Of a stretch of DNA of 64,000 nucleotides, positions 18,479-29,219 are shown in pieces. The DNA is from Salinivirgaceae bacterium (lineage in GTDB: Bacteria; Bacteroidota; Bacteroidia; Bacteroidales; SZUA-534), in NCBI GenBank assembly GCA_024405635.1, contig JAKSOL010000012.1, positions 8,813-72,812 on the forward strand. The letters run 5' to 3'. How positions within the stretch are numbered: the first letter of the stretch is position 1; the number at the start of each line of letters is the position of its first letter. The position numbers were made by a program, and so were the translations under genes. The notes below the pieces were generated by a model that saw only the letters and a list, made by a program, of their open reading frames with translations, made no database searches and was not told the origin of the DNA.

Positions 18479-19642
18479 TTATTTCCCAAGCACATTTGCT
18501 ATTCTATTTAATCCGTCAATCAAACGGGAGCGTGGGCATGCAATGTTGATGCGAATGAAACCTTCGCCATCGGTTTTACCAAAAATGGTTCCACTGCTTA
18601 CCATTACGTGACCTTTGTCTATCAATAGTTGGGTTATTTGGTCCGAAGTTTTGCCTGTAGCACTAATGTCGGCCCAAACAAGATATGTTCCTTCAAGTTT
18701 GGTGATGCGGATTTGTGGTAGCTTGTTTTTGCAAAAATCAACTAATGTTAAATAGTTGTTCCATACGTAGTTGCACATTTCGTCGAGCCATTGTTCGCCT
18801 TCGTTGTAAGCGGCTTGCAAGGCTATTACGCCAAACGGATTAACGTCGCAAACTTCGTTTATGTTTATTGTGCGATTGATGTTTGCGCGCATTTTTGCGT
18901 CTTTGCAAATAATGTTGGCTATTTGCAGTCCAGCGGTGTTAAACGATTTTGATGGTGAATTAAGCACTACTGCGTTATCAAGACAATTGTTTGAAATTGT
19001 GCCAAATGGTGTAAAATGTTGGTCTGGCATCACAATCTCGCAGTGAATTTCGTCGCTAATAATGGTGGTGTTGTTTTTGCGGCATATTTGTTCCATTTGC
19101 AGCAACTCGTTGGCTGTCCATAGACGGCTTGCTGGATTGTGAGGATTGCAAAGCAAAAAAACTTTCACTTTTGGGTCGGTAGTTTTTTTGTCAAAGTCTT
19201 CAAAATCGATGCAATAAGTGTTGTCTTTGCGAACAAGAGCGCTCTCAACCACTTGGCATCCGTTGTTTATTATTGAAGAAAAAAAGTGATTGTAAACAGG
19301 TGTTTGTACCAACACTTTGTCGCCAGGTTGACATAATGCTTTTATTGTTACCGACATTGCTGGAATAACACCAGTTGTGTACAGAATCCATTCGGAATTT
19401 ATTGCCCAATTGTGGCGACGTTTAAACCAATTTATAATGCTTTGGTAGTAACTATCAGGAATGTATGTGTAACCAAATATTGCATGGTCAACACGTTGGT
19501 GTAGCGCTTTTGTGATGCAGGGTGCAACTTCAAAATCCATGTCGGCTACCCACATAGGCAGAATGTCGTCGTTGGCATACATATCCCATTTGTAGCAGTT
19601 GGAGTTGCGGCGCTTGGTTAGTTTGTCAAAGTTGTAATTCAT
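18479..19642 (-). CDS. MalY/PatB-family PLP-dependent C-S lyase (cystathionine beta-lyase)
   Basis: LPMWVADMDF, CNPHNP, SDEIH, SPSKSFNTAG, EGTYLVW. Confidence 0.9.
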   Translation of the reverse strand: MNYNFDKLTKRRNSNCYKWDMYANDDILPMWVADMDFEVAPCITKALHQRVDHAIFGYTYIPDSYYQSIINWFKRRHNWAINSEWILYTTGVIPAMSVTIKALCQPGDKVLVQTPVYNHFFSSIINNGCQVVESALVRKDNTYCIDFEDFDKKTTDPKVKVFLLCNPHNPASRLWTANELLQMEQICRKNNTTIISDEIHCEIVMPDQHFTPFGTISNNCLDNAVVLNSPSKSFNTAGLQIANIICKDAKMRANINRTININEVCDVNPFGVIALQAAYNEGEQWLDEMCNYVWNNYLTLVDFCKNKLPQIRITKLEGTYLVWADISATGKTSDQITQLLIDKGHVMVSSGTIFGKTDGEGFIRINIACPRSRLIDGLNRIANVLGK

Positions 19643-19645
19643 TTG

Positions 19646-20500
19646 CTATTTATTGTTAACTACAATGGTGCAGTTGTTTGGTTGTTCAACAAATTGGTCA
19701 ATAATAACTTCGCCAACCGAATCGACTACAATTTTGCCCGATGTTGGATTTTTAATGCTGGCAATGTGTCCATCAATCACGGCATCGACAGTTGAGTATT
19801 CAAAAGCGCGGTCGCAGGCTGAGTCAAAAGTACAGTGGTCAAGCACAAGGTTTTGCGCGTGGCACAAAGGTTGTTCGCCGCTAATGTGGCAACGTACTAG
19901 TTTTAGGTTTTTTGAGTGCCAACCAAGATATTCGCCATTCAATTCCGAGTCGTAAACCGTAACATTTTCAACTTCCCAAAAGGCATCTTTGGTGGTTATT
20001 TGTGCGTTGTGTATTTCAACATTCTTCACATACTGAAAAACGTATAACGAGTTTGAAATCAGGTTGTTTATTAAAATGTTTTTGCAGCCCATAAACGGAT
20101 ATGTTCCGCCGTTTAGTTCAACGTTTGATAGTTTTAGGTTGTCAACATTCCAAAAAGTTTCGTCGGCATCGGTAATGCGCACATTGTTAAGCTCAAGGTG
20201 TTTCATCTCGCGGAAAAATTTTGGCCCGTCAATCACGCAGTTTTCCATTAGCATATTGTTGCTGTACCAAATTGCCGATCTCGATTTTGCATCGAAATAG
20301 CAGTTTGTAATGTGGCTGTTGTTTACGTGCCACCATGGATATTTACCATAAAAACAGCAATTGTTGGCTTCAAGGTCATGGCACATTTTTATTCCACTCT
20401 CGCCATCGGTAATTTCTACGTTTTCAAGTCGAGTGTGATGTATGCCAAACAGAGGTCGTTCGCCTCCAAATTTTTCGTCGTTTATTAAGGTAAATGCCAT
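19646..20500 (-). CDS. DUF3737-family beta-helix protein
   Basis: GERPLF, GESGIK, GKYPWWH, GEYLGW, GEQPLC, DRAFEYS, SIKNP. Confidence 0.85.
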   Translation of the reverse strand: MAFTLINDEKFGGERPLFGIHHTRLENVEITDGESGIKMCHDLEANNCCFYGKYPWWHVNNSHITNCYFDAKSRSAIWYSNNMLMENCVIDGPKFFREMKHLELNNVRITDADETFWNVDNLKLSNVELNGGTYPFMGCKNILINNLISNSLYVFQYVKNVEIHNAQITTKDAFWEVENVTVYDSELNGEYLGWHSKNLKLVRCHISGEQPLCHAQNLVLDHCTFDSACDRAFEYSTVDAVIDGHIASIKNPTSGKIVVDSVGEVIIDQFVEQPNNCTIVVNNK

Positions 20501-20661
20501 GGTGATAGTTTGTTAAATGTGTTTTGTTTCAATTTGGTTGTTTATGCGTCTTTTTATTTTTCAAATAAAAAAAGTGCCGCAAGTTATACACAAGCGGCAC
20601 AAGTAGCAAGTAGTTGATTTTTAGGACTAAAATTTCAGCCTTTTTTTATGATGTTTGGTTT

Positions 20662-22977
20662 TTATTCTTCGCTACTACCTCCAGCGCTTGAACCGCCTGA
20701 GTGGCCTTCAACGCGTTTGTAGTCTTGATATTTATTGGTTCCACCCCAGTTAATGTTCCAACGTATATTAACATTGTATTGGTTTGAACTCTTTGTGTAT
20801 GACGTGGTTGAACCGCCTGCCCATTGGTTCAAATCTTTGCTTGATGATTTTGCTTCTTTTTTGAATGGATTGTTTGCACTAACCGACACAAACAAACCGT
20901 CGGTTATTTTATAGCTTAACGATGCTCTATATAGTAAGCTACCTTCGCTAATCGATTCGTTGTAAAGCCATTTTGATGGTGTGTTGATGCTTGCTTGTAG
21001 TGTAAAATTGTAGTGGCTTAATTCTGCTGTTAAGTACGACGACAAACTGCTGAGTGAGTGCGAGTAGCTATTGCTTTCAATTTTTGTGTTTCGAAAACGA
21101 AGGTAAGCGCTTGCCGATAGCCAATCGCGTATAATTTCAACGCGAGCACTTGTTGATAATGATATGCTGTTGTTGTATTTGCCGTTTGCAAAACTTGAAA
21201 TAATCATACTCTCGTTATCGTTCCAGTATTTTTCGCTCAAAATTGGTTTGCTGCTGTGGCTTATGTATGCCGTTCCTTTAATGAAGAAGCGGCTTATGGT
21301 GTAACTCTGTTCAATTGAAGCGCTAAAAGTATTGTAGTTTTTCAATTCGCCATTACCTTGTGTAGTTTGAAATCCGTCAACCATTTGGCTCACACTGGTA
21401 AGTTGGCTCACACTAGGTGTGTTGGTGTATGAACTAAGCGAGAAGTTGAAATTTGCTTTTTGCGATTGGCGCCAATGCAAACGCAATCTTGGTTGTACCG
21501 ACCATGAACTAATTTTGTCGCGGCCCTCCATTTTGGTAAATTCACGGTTAAGGGCAGAACCCACAGTTAAATCAACATTGCTCGAAAAGTTGGTCATCAA
21601 CTCGGCAAATGCGTATGTTGTTCCAGTTTTTGTTGCAAGCGATGTGTTTTGGCTTTCGTAGTCGGTTCCACCTTTGCTGAGACTTTGGTTCGCTCCAATA
21701 CTGAATCTGCCCTTTTCAAACGACTTTTCGTAATTCAACTTTACGTCTAGCCATTTTGATTTTGATTTTACATCGTTAACGGTGTTGAAAAAGTATATAC
21801 TGCTATCGCTTCCTTTTTCAAGGTAACTACTGCTGTTATTGCTATTTTCAAAATAGCTACTAATGTCGAAAATCAACATTTGGTCGTTTTTAAATTTGCG
21901 GTGGTAGTATAATTCGGCCCAAAGTTCTGTCTGTCTGTCTGAACTGGTATCCATGTGAACCGTGTATTCTTGGGTTTTGCTATTGAAAATAGAACCTTGG
22001 TTGGCCGACTCTTTAATACGATACCACCAAAGACCTGTGTTAATCGAAAATAGCTGCAATGTATCGGTATAGCTATAACTTAATCCTGGATATGCATATT
22101 GGGTTGGTGAGGCTGCTTTTTTATTTTCCGAAGTGCGCGAATAGGAGGTGCCGTTGCTTGCCGATACGTAGTTGGTTACACTTGTGCTATGCGACTCGAA
22201 TCCGCGTTGGTTAAATCCAAATAATTCAATCGACAATTCTGACTTTCCACTATATAAACTTGCGCTTCCAAATAAATTTTGCGCTGCATGGTTTAATCCG
22301 CTACCTGCACTAACATTAGCATTACCACCACTATTAGGATTCTCAACTATAAAATCAATTACAGCTTTGGCATCTCCCCAACGCAACGATGGTTTGTCGT
22401 GATACTCAACACGTTTTATGTTTTTGGGGTCAAGAGCTCGCACTTGTTCTTTCTTTGCAGGGCGGCCGTTTATGCAAAGAGTAACACTGCCTTCGTCAAC
22501 CAACGATACGCTTCCGTCGGTTTTGTCAACTATCACTTCGGGAATTTTTAATTTTTCCAAAAATTCAGAACCGTCGCTGCATTGGGCAATCATTGCTTCT
22601 TTGGGTATGTATAGTTGACGGTCGCTCTTGTTAATTATGCTTGCGGCTTCAATTTTAACTTCGGCAAGTTGCTTGGCATCGGTTGGCATAACAATGTCGC
22701 CAATGTCAGTTTTGCTAACCTCAATGGTTGTTGTTTGGTAACCAACAGAACTAAAACGTAACACTTTGCCTCCTTTGCTATCAATGCTAAAGTTTCCAAC
22801 CTCGTCGGTTATTACACCTCTCACAACCATCGAGTCGGGCATGTTCAGCAATGTTACTGTTACAAATTCAAGTGGAGTATTGTCTTGGTCAACTACTCGG
22901 CCCGAAACGTTTTGTGCCATTAATTTTGGCGCAAGGCCCATTAAGAGTATTGAAGCAATCAAGAATTTTGATTTCAT
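20662..22977 (-). CDS. Outer-membrane beta-barrel protein with N-terminal carboxypeptidase-regulatory-like domain (TonB-dependent-receptor-like)
   Basis: Signal peptide, VSGRVVD...FSSVGYQT, plug-like INGRP..IKRVE, GNGELK. Confidence 0.75.
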   Translation of the reverse strand: MKSKFLIASILLMGLAPKLMAQNVSGRVVDQDNTPLEFVTVTLLNMPDSMVVRGVITDEVGNFSIDSKGGKVLRFSSVGYQTTTIEVSKTDIGDIVMPTDAKQLAEVKIEAASIINKSDRQLYIPKEAMIAQCSDGSEFLEKLKIPEVIVDKTDGSVSLVDEGSVTLCINGRPAKKEQVRALDPKNIKRVEYHDKPSLRWGDAKAVIDFIVENPNSGGNANVSAGSGLNHAAQNLFGSASLYSGKSELSIELFGFNQRGFESHSTSVTNYVSASNGTSYSRTSENKKAASPTQYAYPGLSYSYTDTLQLFSINTGLWWYRIKESANQGSIFNSKTQEYTVHMDTSSDRQTELWAELYYHRKFKNDQMLIFDISSYFENSNNSSSYLEKGSDSSIYFFNTVNDVKSKSKWLDVKLNYEKSFEKGRFSIGANQSLSKGGTDYESQNTSLATKTGTTYAFAELMTNFSSNVDLTVGSALNREFTKMEGRDKISSWSVQPRLRLHWRQSQKANFNFSLSSYTNTPSVSQLTSVSQMVDGFQTTQGNGELKNYNTFSASIEQSYTISRFFIKGTAYISHSSKPILSEKYWNDNESMIISSFANGKYNNSISLSTSARVEIIRDWLSASAYLRFRNTKIESNSYSHSLSSLSSYLTAELSHYNFTLQASINTPSKWLYNESISEGSLLYRASLSYKITDGLFVSVSANNPFKKEAKSSSKDLNQWAGGSTTSYTKSSNQYNVNIRWNINWGGTNKYQDYKRVEGHSGGSSAGGSSEE

Positions 22978-23016
22978 AATATTTGATTTTCTGTTGTTAA
23001 ATAATAATCAGACAAA

Positions 23017-23044
23017 AGACGAATATTGAATCAAAAGTGTTACA
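23017..23044 (-). promoter_or_regulatory. Putative ECF sigma promoter
   Basis: TGTAAC-N17-CGTCT on the minus strand; same motif and spacing as 59543-59570. Confidence 0.6.
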
Positions 23045-23320
23045 CTATTTTTTCTTTCAACTGGACAAAAGAATGTAAAAAGTTTAATCAAAAAAACTCT
23101 TATAGATAAATCGGGCTTTTTGTACTACCAATTGTTCGAATGTCTATTGCTCTTCAAAGTTTGAGAATCGTAAAAAAGCAAAACGTTCATTTCCTTTCAA
23201 AAGCAGAACAAAACACACTTTTAGTAGGTGTTTTAAATCTTCAACGTTGCATTATGGTCTTTTTTTGTTAGTATCCGAAAAGATTTAGAATTTTGTGCAC
23301 CAATTTAATACTATTGTAGT

Positions 23321-23905
23321 ATGCAAAAACTAGTATCCATATTATTCGTCCTTGCAGCATTCACGTGCTCGGCGCAGACTTATGAAAACTTACCACAAAA
23401 TGTGGTTCAGTACGAAGTGATTGATGGTGATACAATATTTAATGTAAAACTATCGACCGTTACGGTGCGCGCATTTAAAAACAAAAAGCAAGAGATTCAA
23501 TATACTAGGCTTGTGCGCAATGTGAAAAAAGCCTATCCATATTCAATAATAGCTCGCAACGAGATTGATACACTTAATCGTCATCTTGAAAGCATAAGTG
23601 GCGACCATGAGCGAAAAAAATATATGAAAGAATATGAAAAGGAGATGTTTCGTCGCTATGAAGATGAACTTAGAAACCTTACAATTTCTCAAGGTAAAAT
23701 CATTATTAAACTCGTTTATCGCGAGTTTGATAACACTGCTTTTCAAATGGTGAAGGATTATCGAGGCTCGTTTTCTGCTGTTTTTTGGCAAGGCGTTGCA
23801 AAACTTTTCCGCTCCGATTTGAAGAAAATGTACGATCCCGAAACAGTTGAAGAAGACAAAATGATTGAAGAAATCATTGAGTTGATTGAACTGGGAATGA
23901 TTTAG
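23321..23905 (+). CDS. DUF4294-family protein
   Basis: RLVRNVKKAYPY, LTISQGKIIIKL, FWQGVAKLF, YDP..ED..IE. Confidence 0.85.
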   Translation: MQKLVSILFVLAAFTCSAQTYENLPQNVVQYEVIDGDTIFNVKLSTVTVRAFKNKKQEIQYTRLVRNVKKAYPYSIIARNEIDTLNRHLESISGDHERKKYMKEYEKEMFRRYEDELRNLTISQGKIIIKLVYREFDNTAFQMVKDYRGSFSAVFWQGVAKLFRSDLKKMYDPETVEEDKMIEEIIELIELGMI

Positions 23906-23934
23906 TAAATAGAAATTATTTAAGTGATTTTGAT

Positions 23935-23968
23935 AAAGCTGTAGCCATAATGACTATGGCTTTTTTTT
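23935..23968 (+). terminator. Intrinsic terminator
   Basis: aaagctgtag-loop-ctatggc followed by a T8 tract. Confidence 0.65.
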
Positions 23969-24036
23969 GTTGTGCAGCCACTCAAATAACAACATACTAA
24001 AACAAAAAAGCCTCAAGTATTTCTACTCAAGGCTTT

Positions 24037-24114
24037 TGGGGTGGGAGGTGGGGCTCGAACCCACGACATTCAGAACCACAATCTGACGCTCTAACCAACT
24101 GAACTACGCCCACC
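24037..24114 (-). tRNA. tRNA-His (GTG)
   Basis: Revcomp GGTGGGCGTAGTTCAGTTGGTTAGAGCGTCAGATTGTGGTTCTGAATGTCGTGGGTTCGAGCCCCACCTCCCACCCCA; G-1 and encoded CCA. Confidence 0.95.
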
Positions 24115-24304
24115 ATGTGTATCGGGTGGCAAAAGTAGAATAATTTATTTAAACACCACCAAAAAAATGAAAATATTTGTGCTTTCGTGTTGTTTCTTGT
24201 TTAAATAATTGTCAATCAATAAAATAAACCTTGCTGTCGAAAGCCGATAAAGGTTGCATTTGTGGCTATTTTTGGCGAATATTGCACCAAAAAAGTAAAT
24301 AGAA

Positions 24305-25993
24305 ATGCGAAAATTTGTCAGTCAAGACTTAAAAATTGAATCGTTTGCCGATATTGAACCATATTATAGCACTTTGTTAACTACACCGCTTACATCAAAA
24401 ACACAAGTTGATGAGTGGCTACGCAATTGGAGCGAGTTGGATGCTGTTGTTAGCGAAGATTGTGCTTGGCGCTACATTAAAATGAGCCAAAATACAGCCG
24501 ACGAAAATGCTGCTCGGTCGTTTGAGAAATTTGTAACCGAAATTGAGCCGCATATTGCACCAAAAGAAAACGAACTTAACAAGCGCTTTATGCTACCTGA
24601 AGTTCAGGTACATATCAACAAGTCGGAGTTGTTTACAATGATTCGGTCTGTTAAAACCAACTTGGAGATTTTTCGAGAGGAGAACATTCCGTTGCAATCG
24701 CAACTTGAGCAACTTGAGCAAGAATATGGCAAAATTTGTTCGCAAATGTCGGTTGAGGTCAATGGTAAGACACTCACACTTCAGCAAGCTGCAAATTTTC
24801 TAAAAGACAAAAACCGAGATGTTCGCAAATCGGTTTACGAAAAAATAAACCAACGCCGAATGTCCGACAAAAAAGCAATTGACGAATTGCTTGATAAGCA
24901 AATTGCTTTGCGACAGCAAATTGCTCAAAACGCAGGTTTTGATAATTATATCGATTATCGATTTAAAGCATTAGGAAGATTTGATTATACCGTTGATGAT
25001 TGTTGCCATTTTCACGACGCAATAGCAAAAGTGGTAGTTCCTATCGTTGAGCGCATTCATGCCGAACGTAAGGCCAAAATGGGAGTTGATAAACTTCGTC
25101 CTTACGACCTTGATGTTGATCTTTATGCCGATAAACCTTTGCGTCCATTTGATACAATCGACGAGTTGGTTAAAAAAAGCATGTATTGCTTTCGCGATGT
25201 TGCTCCAGAGTTCGGTATAATGATAAACAATATGAACATTGCTGGAAGGTTGGATTTGGAATCGCGAATGGGGAAAGCTCCTGGAGGATTTAATTATCCT
25301 TTGCACGAAACCACAATACCATTCATTTTTATGAATGCTACCAACAACTTGCGCGACATGGTTACTCTAATGCACGAAGGTGGGCATGCTGTTCATGCTT
25401 TCTTGTGCGACAATCTTCCGTTGGTGTCGCTTAAGGAAACTCCAGCCGAAATCGCCGAGTTGGCAAGTATGAGCATGGAGCTAATTACAATGGCAAATTG
25501 GCACCATTTTTTTGCAAATGACGATGAATTGACACGAGCCAAACGTATTCAACTTGAAGATGTTATTGACGCGCTACCATGGATTGCTGCTATCGATAAA
25601 TTCCAACTTTATTTATACACACATCCAAATCATACACACGCCGAGCGCTCCGAAGCTTGGGCTGCAATAAAAAAAGAGTTTGGTAGTAGTTTGGTAGATT
25701 ATTCCGGCTACGAAGACTATTATAACAATCAGTGGCAAAAGCAATTACATATATTTGAAGTGCCGCTTTATTATATTGAGTATGGATTTGCACAACTTGG
25801 AGCCATTAGCATTTGGAAACTATTCTGCGAGAATAAAAACGAGGCGCTCGATAAATTCAAATTGGCTTTATCAAAAGGTTACAGCCTATCTATCCCTGAA
25901 ATATACCAATGCGCAGGTATTCAATTTAATGCTGATGAAAGTTATATCAAATCATTGATGGATTTTGTTACCGCAGAACTGGCAAAATTGTAG
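24305..25993 (+). CDS. M3-family oligoendopeptidase
   Basis: HEGGH zinc motif, GKAPGG, AELASMSME, HIFEVPLYYIEY. Confidence 0.92.
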   Translation: MRKFVSQDLKIESFADIEPYYSTLLTTPLTSKTQVDEWLRNWSELDAVVSEDCAWRYIKMSQNTADENAARSFEKFVTEIEPHIAPKENELNKRFMLPEVQVHINKSELFTMIRSVKTNLEIFREENIPLQSQLEQLEQEYGKICSQMSVEVNGKTLTLQQAANFLKDKNRDVRKSVYEKINQRRMSDKKAIDELLDKQIALRQQIAQNAGFDNYIDYRFKALGRFDYTVDDCCHFHDAIAKVVVPIVERIHAERKAKMGVDKLRPYDLDVDLYADKPLRPFDTIDELVKKSMYCFRDVAPEFGIMINNMNIAGRLDLESRMGKAPGGFNYPLHETTIPFIFMNATNNLRDMVTLMHEGGHAVHAFLCDNLPLVSLKETPAEIAELASMSMELITMANWHHFFANDDELTRAKRIQLEDVIDALPWIAAIDKFQLYLYTHPNHTHAERSEAWAAIKKEFGSSLVDYSGYEDYYNNQWQKQLHIFEVPLYYIEYGFAQLGAISIWKLFCENKNEALDKFKLALSKGYSLSIPEIYQCAGIQFNADESYIKSLMDFVTAELAKL

Positions 25994-26065
25994 CCACAAT
26001 GTCACAAAAAACAATAAACTATGCGCCAACTTGTCGCACATATTAGTAATGGCAAAATAGTTGAT
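25993..26065 (+). promoter_or_regulatory. Putative heat-shock control region with sigma54-like promoter
   Basis: GCCA-N3-TGTC twice (25993, 26025), then TGGCAAAATAGTTGA at 26050 (-24/-12-like) upstream of grpE. Confidence 0.45.
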
Positions 26066-26112
26066 AATCAAATTCAGATTGTATAACAGAAATTCAAATA
26101 AATATTATCGAT

Positions 26113-26694
26113 ATGAGTACTGAAAACGAAGAACTAAAAAACGAGAACGAAGTTACTGACAATGCTGCAGAAACTTCAGAAACTCCCGAGCCAAAAGCTG
26201 AGAAAAAAGACAAAAAGGGACATAAAGCCGATGATAAACTGAAGAAAGAGTTGGAAGAGGCAAACGAAAAAATAGCTGAATTAAACGACAAATATCTTCG
26301 TCTTTCGGCCGAGTTCGACAACTACAAAAAACGCACTTTGAAAGAGCGCAGCGATATGCTTAAAACCATTAGCGGCGACACTTTGTCGGGTATGTTACCA
26401 GTTATTGACGACCTTGAACGTGCACTAGCAAGCATTGAAAAGGCAGTTGAGATTGAACCTGTAAAAGAAGGAGTGTCGTTGATTTATAGCAAACTACGAG
26501 AGTATATGAAAAATAAAGGCTTGGTTGAAATCGAAGCATTGAACCAAGATTTTGATACCGATTTGCATGAGGCTGTTGCTCAATTTCCAGCCCAATCCGA
26601 CGACATGAAAGGTAAAGTGGTTGACGTTATTCAAAAGGGCTACAAAATCGACACCAAAGTGGTGCGTTTTGCTAAAGTTGTAGTTGGTATCTAA
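26113..26694 (+). CDS. grpE: Nucleotide exchange factor GrpE
   Basis: YLRLSAEFDNYKKR, LPVIDDLERA, FDTDLHEAV, RFAKVVV. Confidence 0.96.
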   Translation: MSTENEELKNENEVTDNAAETSETPEPKAEKKDKKGHKADDKLKKELEEANEKIAELNDKYLRLSAEFDNYKKRTLKERSDMLKTISGDTLSGMLPVIDDLERALASIEKAVEIEPVKEGVSLIYSKLREYMKNKGLVEIEALNQDFDTDLHEAVAQFPAQSDDMKGKVVDVIQKGYKIDTKVVRFAKVVVGI

Positions 26695-26709
26695 AAAAAC
26701 ATTGTCAGT

Positions 26710-27861
26710 ATGAGCAAACGCGATTATTACGAAGTGCTGGAGGTTCCTAAAACAGCCACAGCCGATGAAATAAAAAAGGCCTATCGTAAAATGGCTATAA
26801 AATATCACCCCGATAAAAATCCAGGTGATAAAGAAGCTGAAGAAAAATTTAAAGAAGCAGCTGAAGCATACGATGTTTTGAGCGATCCTAACAAGCGCCA
26901 ACGATACGACCAATTTGGCCACGCAGGAATGGGTGGCAACGGTGGTTTTAGTGGAGGAGGAATGTCAATGGACGATATCTTCTCTCACTTTGGCGACATT
27001 TTCGGAGGAGGAGGATTTGGCGGATTCGGTTCGTTTTTTGGAGGCGGTGGCGGAGGCCAACGTCGTCGTCAAAACCGAGGTTCAGATTTGCGGGTAACCG
27101 TTAAATTGTCGTTGAGCGATGTGGTTAACGGTGTTCAGAAAAAAATTAAAGTACGCCGCGATGTGGCATGCTCGTGCTGTAACGGAACAGGTGCAAAAGA
27201 TTCTAACTCCTACAATACTTGTAGCAACTGTCGCGGAACAGGCTATGTTACTCGCATTACAAACACAATGCTTGGCCAAATGCAAAGTTCAGCACCTTGT
27301 CCAAACTGTCAAGGCGAAGGCCGTACAATAGTAAATAAATGTACTGAATGCGGTGGCGAGGGTGTGATTCAAAAAGAAGAAGTTGTAACCATTGACATTC
27401 CTGCAGGAGTTGCCGATGGTATGGAACTCTCGATGCGTGGCGCAGGAAATGCAGCTCGTCGTGGTGGCATTGCTGGCGATTTGCGAATACTTGTTCGCGA
27501 AGAGGAGCATCCAGACCTTACTCGCGATGGTAATGACCTTATATATGACTTGTTCCTTTCAATGCCCGATGCTATACTTGGTACCACTGCTGAAATACCA
27601 ACAGTTGATGGTAAGGTTAAAATAAAGATTGACAAAGGCACGCAATCTGGTAAAATGTTGCGTTTGCGAGGAAAAGGTATTCCAGATGTAAATGGTTACG
27701 GACGCGGCGATTTGTTAGTCAATATTCAAATTTGGACTCCGCAAGACATTAGTTCTGATGAGGCTAAATTGGTTGAAAAACTTAAAGCTTCGCCAAATTT
27801 CGATCCTATGGGAAGTAAAAACCAATCGTTTTTTGAAAAAATTAAGAATCATTTTTCGTAA
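26710..27861 (+). CDS. dnaJ: Chaperone DnaJ
   Basis: J-domain HPD, G/F region, four CxxCxGxG repeats. Confidence 0.97.
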   Translation: MSKRDYYEVLEVPKTATADEIKKAYRKMAIKYHPDKNPGDKEAEEKFKEAAEAYDVLSDPNKRQRYDQFGHAGMGGNGGFSGGGMSMDDIFSHFGDIFGGGGFGGFGSFFGGGGGGQRRRQNRGSDLRVTVKLSLSDVVNGVQKKIKVRRDVACSCCNGTGAKDSNSYNTCSNCRGTGYVTRITNTMLGQMQSSAPCPNCQGEGRTIVNKCTECGGEGVIQKEEVVTIDIPAGVADGMELSMRGAGNAARRGGIAGDLRILVREEEHPDLTRDGNDLIYDLFLSMPDAILGTTAEIPTVDGKVKIKIDKGTQSGKMLRLRGKGIPDVNGYGRGDLLVNIQIWTPQDISSDEAKLVEKLKASPNFDPMGSKNQSFFEKIKNHFS

Positions 27862-29219
27862 TGCACTATCATTTTATAGCAATTGGCGGTAGCGCCATGC
27901 ACAATTTGGCTATCGCACTTCACCAAAAAGGCGAAAAAGTTACAGGCTCCGACGATGAGATTTTTGAGCCATCGCGTTCGCGCTTGGCAGCTCATGGCCT
28001 GTTGCCTAATTACCAAGGTTGGAATCCCGATGTAATTACATCCGATGTTGATGCCATTGTTTTGGGAATGCACGCAAAACTTGACAACCCAGAACTTATT
28101 AAAGCTCAACAACTTGGATTAAAAGTTTATTCTTATCCAGAGTTCCTATATAACCAAACAAAAGATAAAACGAGAGTTGTTATTGGTGGTAGTCACGGAA
28201 AAACAACCACAACGGCAATGGTTATGCATGTGCTAAAGTCGGTAGGAATGCCATTTGACTATATGGTTGGTGCCAAAGTTAACGGATTCGATACGATGGT
28301 TGGTTTAAGCAATGAAGCAAAAGTGGCAGTGTTTGAGGGCGATGAGTATTTAACCTCGCCAATCGATCCACGTCCAAAATTTCACTTGTATCAACCAAAC
28401 ATTGCATTGGTTACAGGCATTGCTTGGGACCACATCAATGTTTTCAAAACCTTTCCAGATTACGTGTGGCAATTCAGTCATTTTGCCGAATTGGTTGAAA
28501 AAAACGGTTCGTTTATTTTCTTTGAAGAAGATGCTGAACTGCAAAAAATAGCAGCAGAGTTACGTCCCGACATAAAACCTTTGCCATACGGAACTCATAA
28601 CTTTGAAATAGCCGACGGAAAAACCTATTTGGTTGATGGAGAAAATCGTTATGCACTAAATATTTTTGGTAAGCACAATTTGCAAAACATTTCGGGCGCA
28701 TTGCAAATTTGCCTTCAGTTGGGAATCAGTAAACAAGACTTTTATACTGCAATAAGTACTTTCTGTGGTGCCGATCGTCGTTTGCAGCAAATTTACCAAT
28801 CAGATAATGGTATCGCATTTTACGATTTTGCACATTCGCCATCAAAACTAAAGGCAACTATTGAGGCTGTTCGGTTGCAATTCCCTGACAAGAAAATTGT
28901 GGCCTGCATGGAATTACATACATATAGCAGTTTGAGTAGCAATTTCTTGGAGCAATATAACGGTACAATGAGTCAGGCTGACGAAGCGTATGTTTTCTTT
29001 AGCCATCATGCAATAGAACTTAAGCGTCTTGAAGAGATTTCGGTGGCGCAAGTTGAGGCATCATTTAACAAGGATGGATTAAAAGCTTTTGATGATGTTG
29101 ATGCGTTAATTGACGTTTTGAAGAATCAAAAACGTTCAAATTTTGTATTGCTATTTTTGAGCTCAGGCAATTTTGCTGGTCAAAACTTAAAAGAACTTGC
29201 ATCGGAAATAGTTGGCTAA
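27861..29219 (+). CDS. mpl: Mur ligase family, murein peptide ligase Mpl-like
   Basis: HFIAIGGSAM, GSHGKTTTT, EGDEY, DFAHSP. Confidence 0.8.
   Translation: MHYHFIAIGGSAMHNLAIALHQKGEKVTGSDDEIFEPSRSRLAAHGLLPNYQGWNPDVITSDVDAIVLGMHAKLDNPELIKAQQLGLKVYSYPEFLYNQTKDKTRVVIGGSHGKTTTTAMVMHVLKSVGMPFDYMVGAKVNGFDTMVGLSNEAKVAVFEGDEYLTSPIDPRPKFHLYQPNIALVTGIAWDHINVFKTFPDYVWQFSHFAELVEKNGSFIFFEEDAELQKIAAELRPDIKPLPYGTHNFEIADGKTYLVDGENRYALNIFGKHNLQNISGALQICLQLGISKQDFYTAISTFCGADRRLQQIYQSDNGIAFYDFAHSPSKLKATIEAVRLQFPDKKIVACMELHTYSSLSSNFLEQYNGTMSQADEAYVFFSHHAIELKRLEEISVAQVEASFNKDGLKAFDDVDALIDVLKNQKRSNFVLLFLSSGNFAGQNLKELASEIVG

Noticed and set aside
24037-24114. tRNA-His or tRNA-Lys as integration sites of an island
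   Set aside because: No duplicated tRNA 3' end or integrase seen; both tRNAs are flanked by housekeeping genes.
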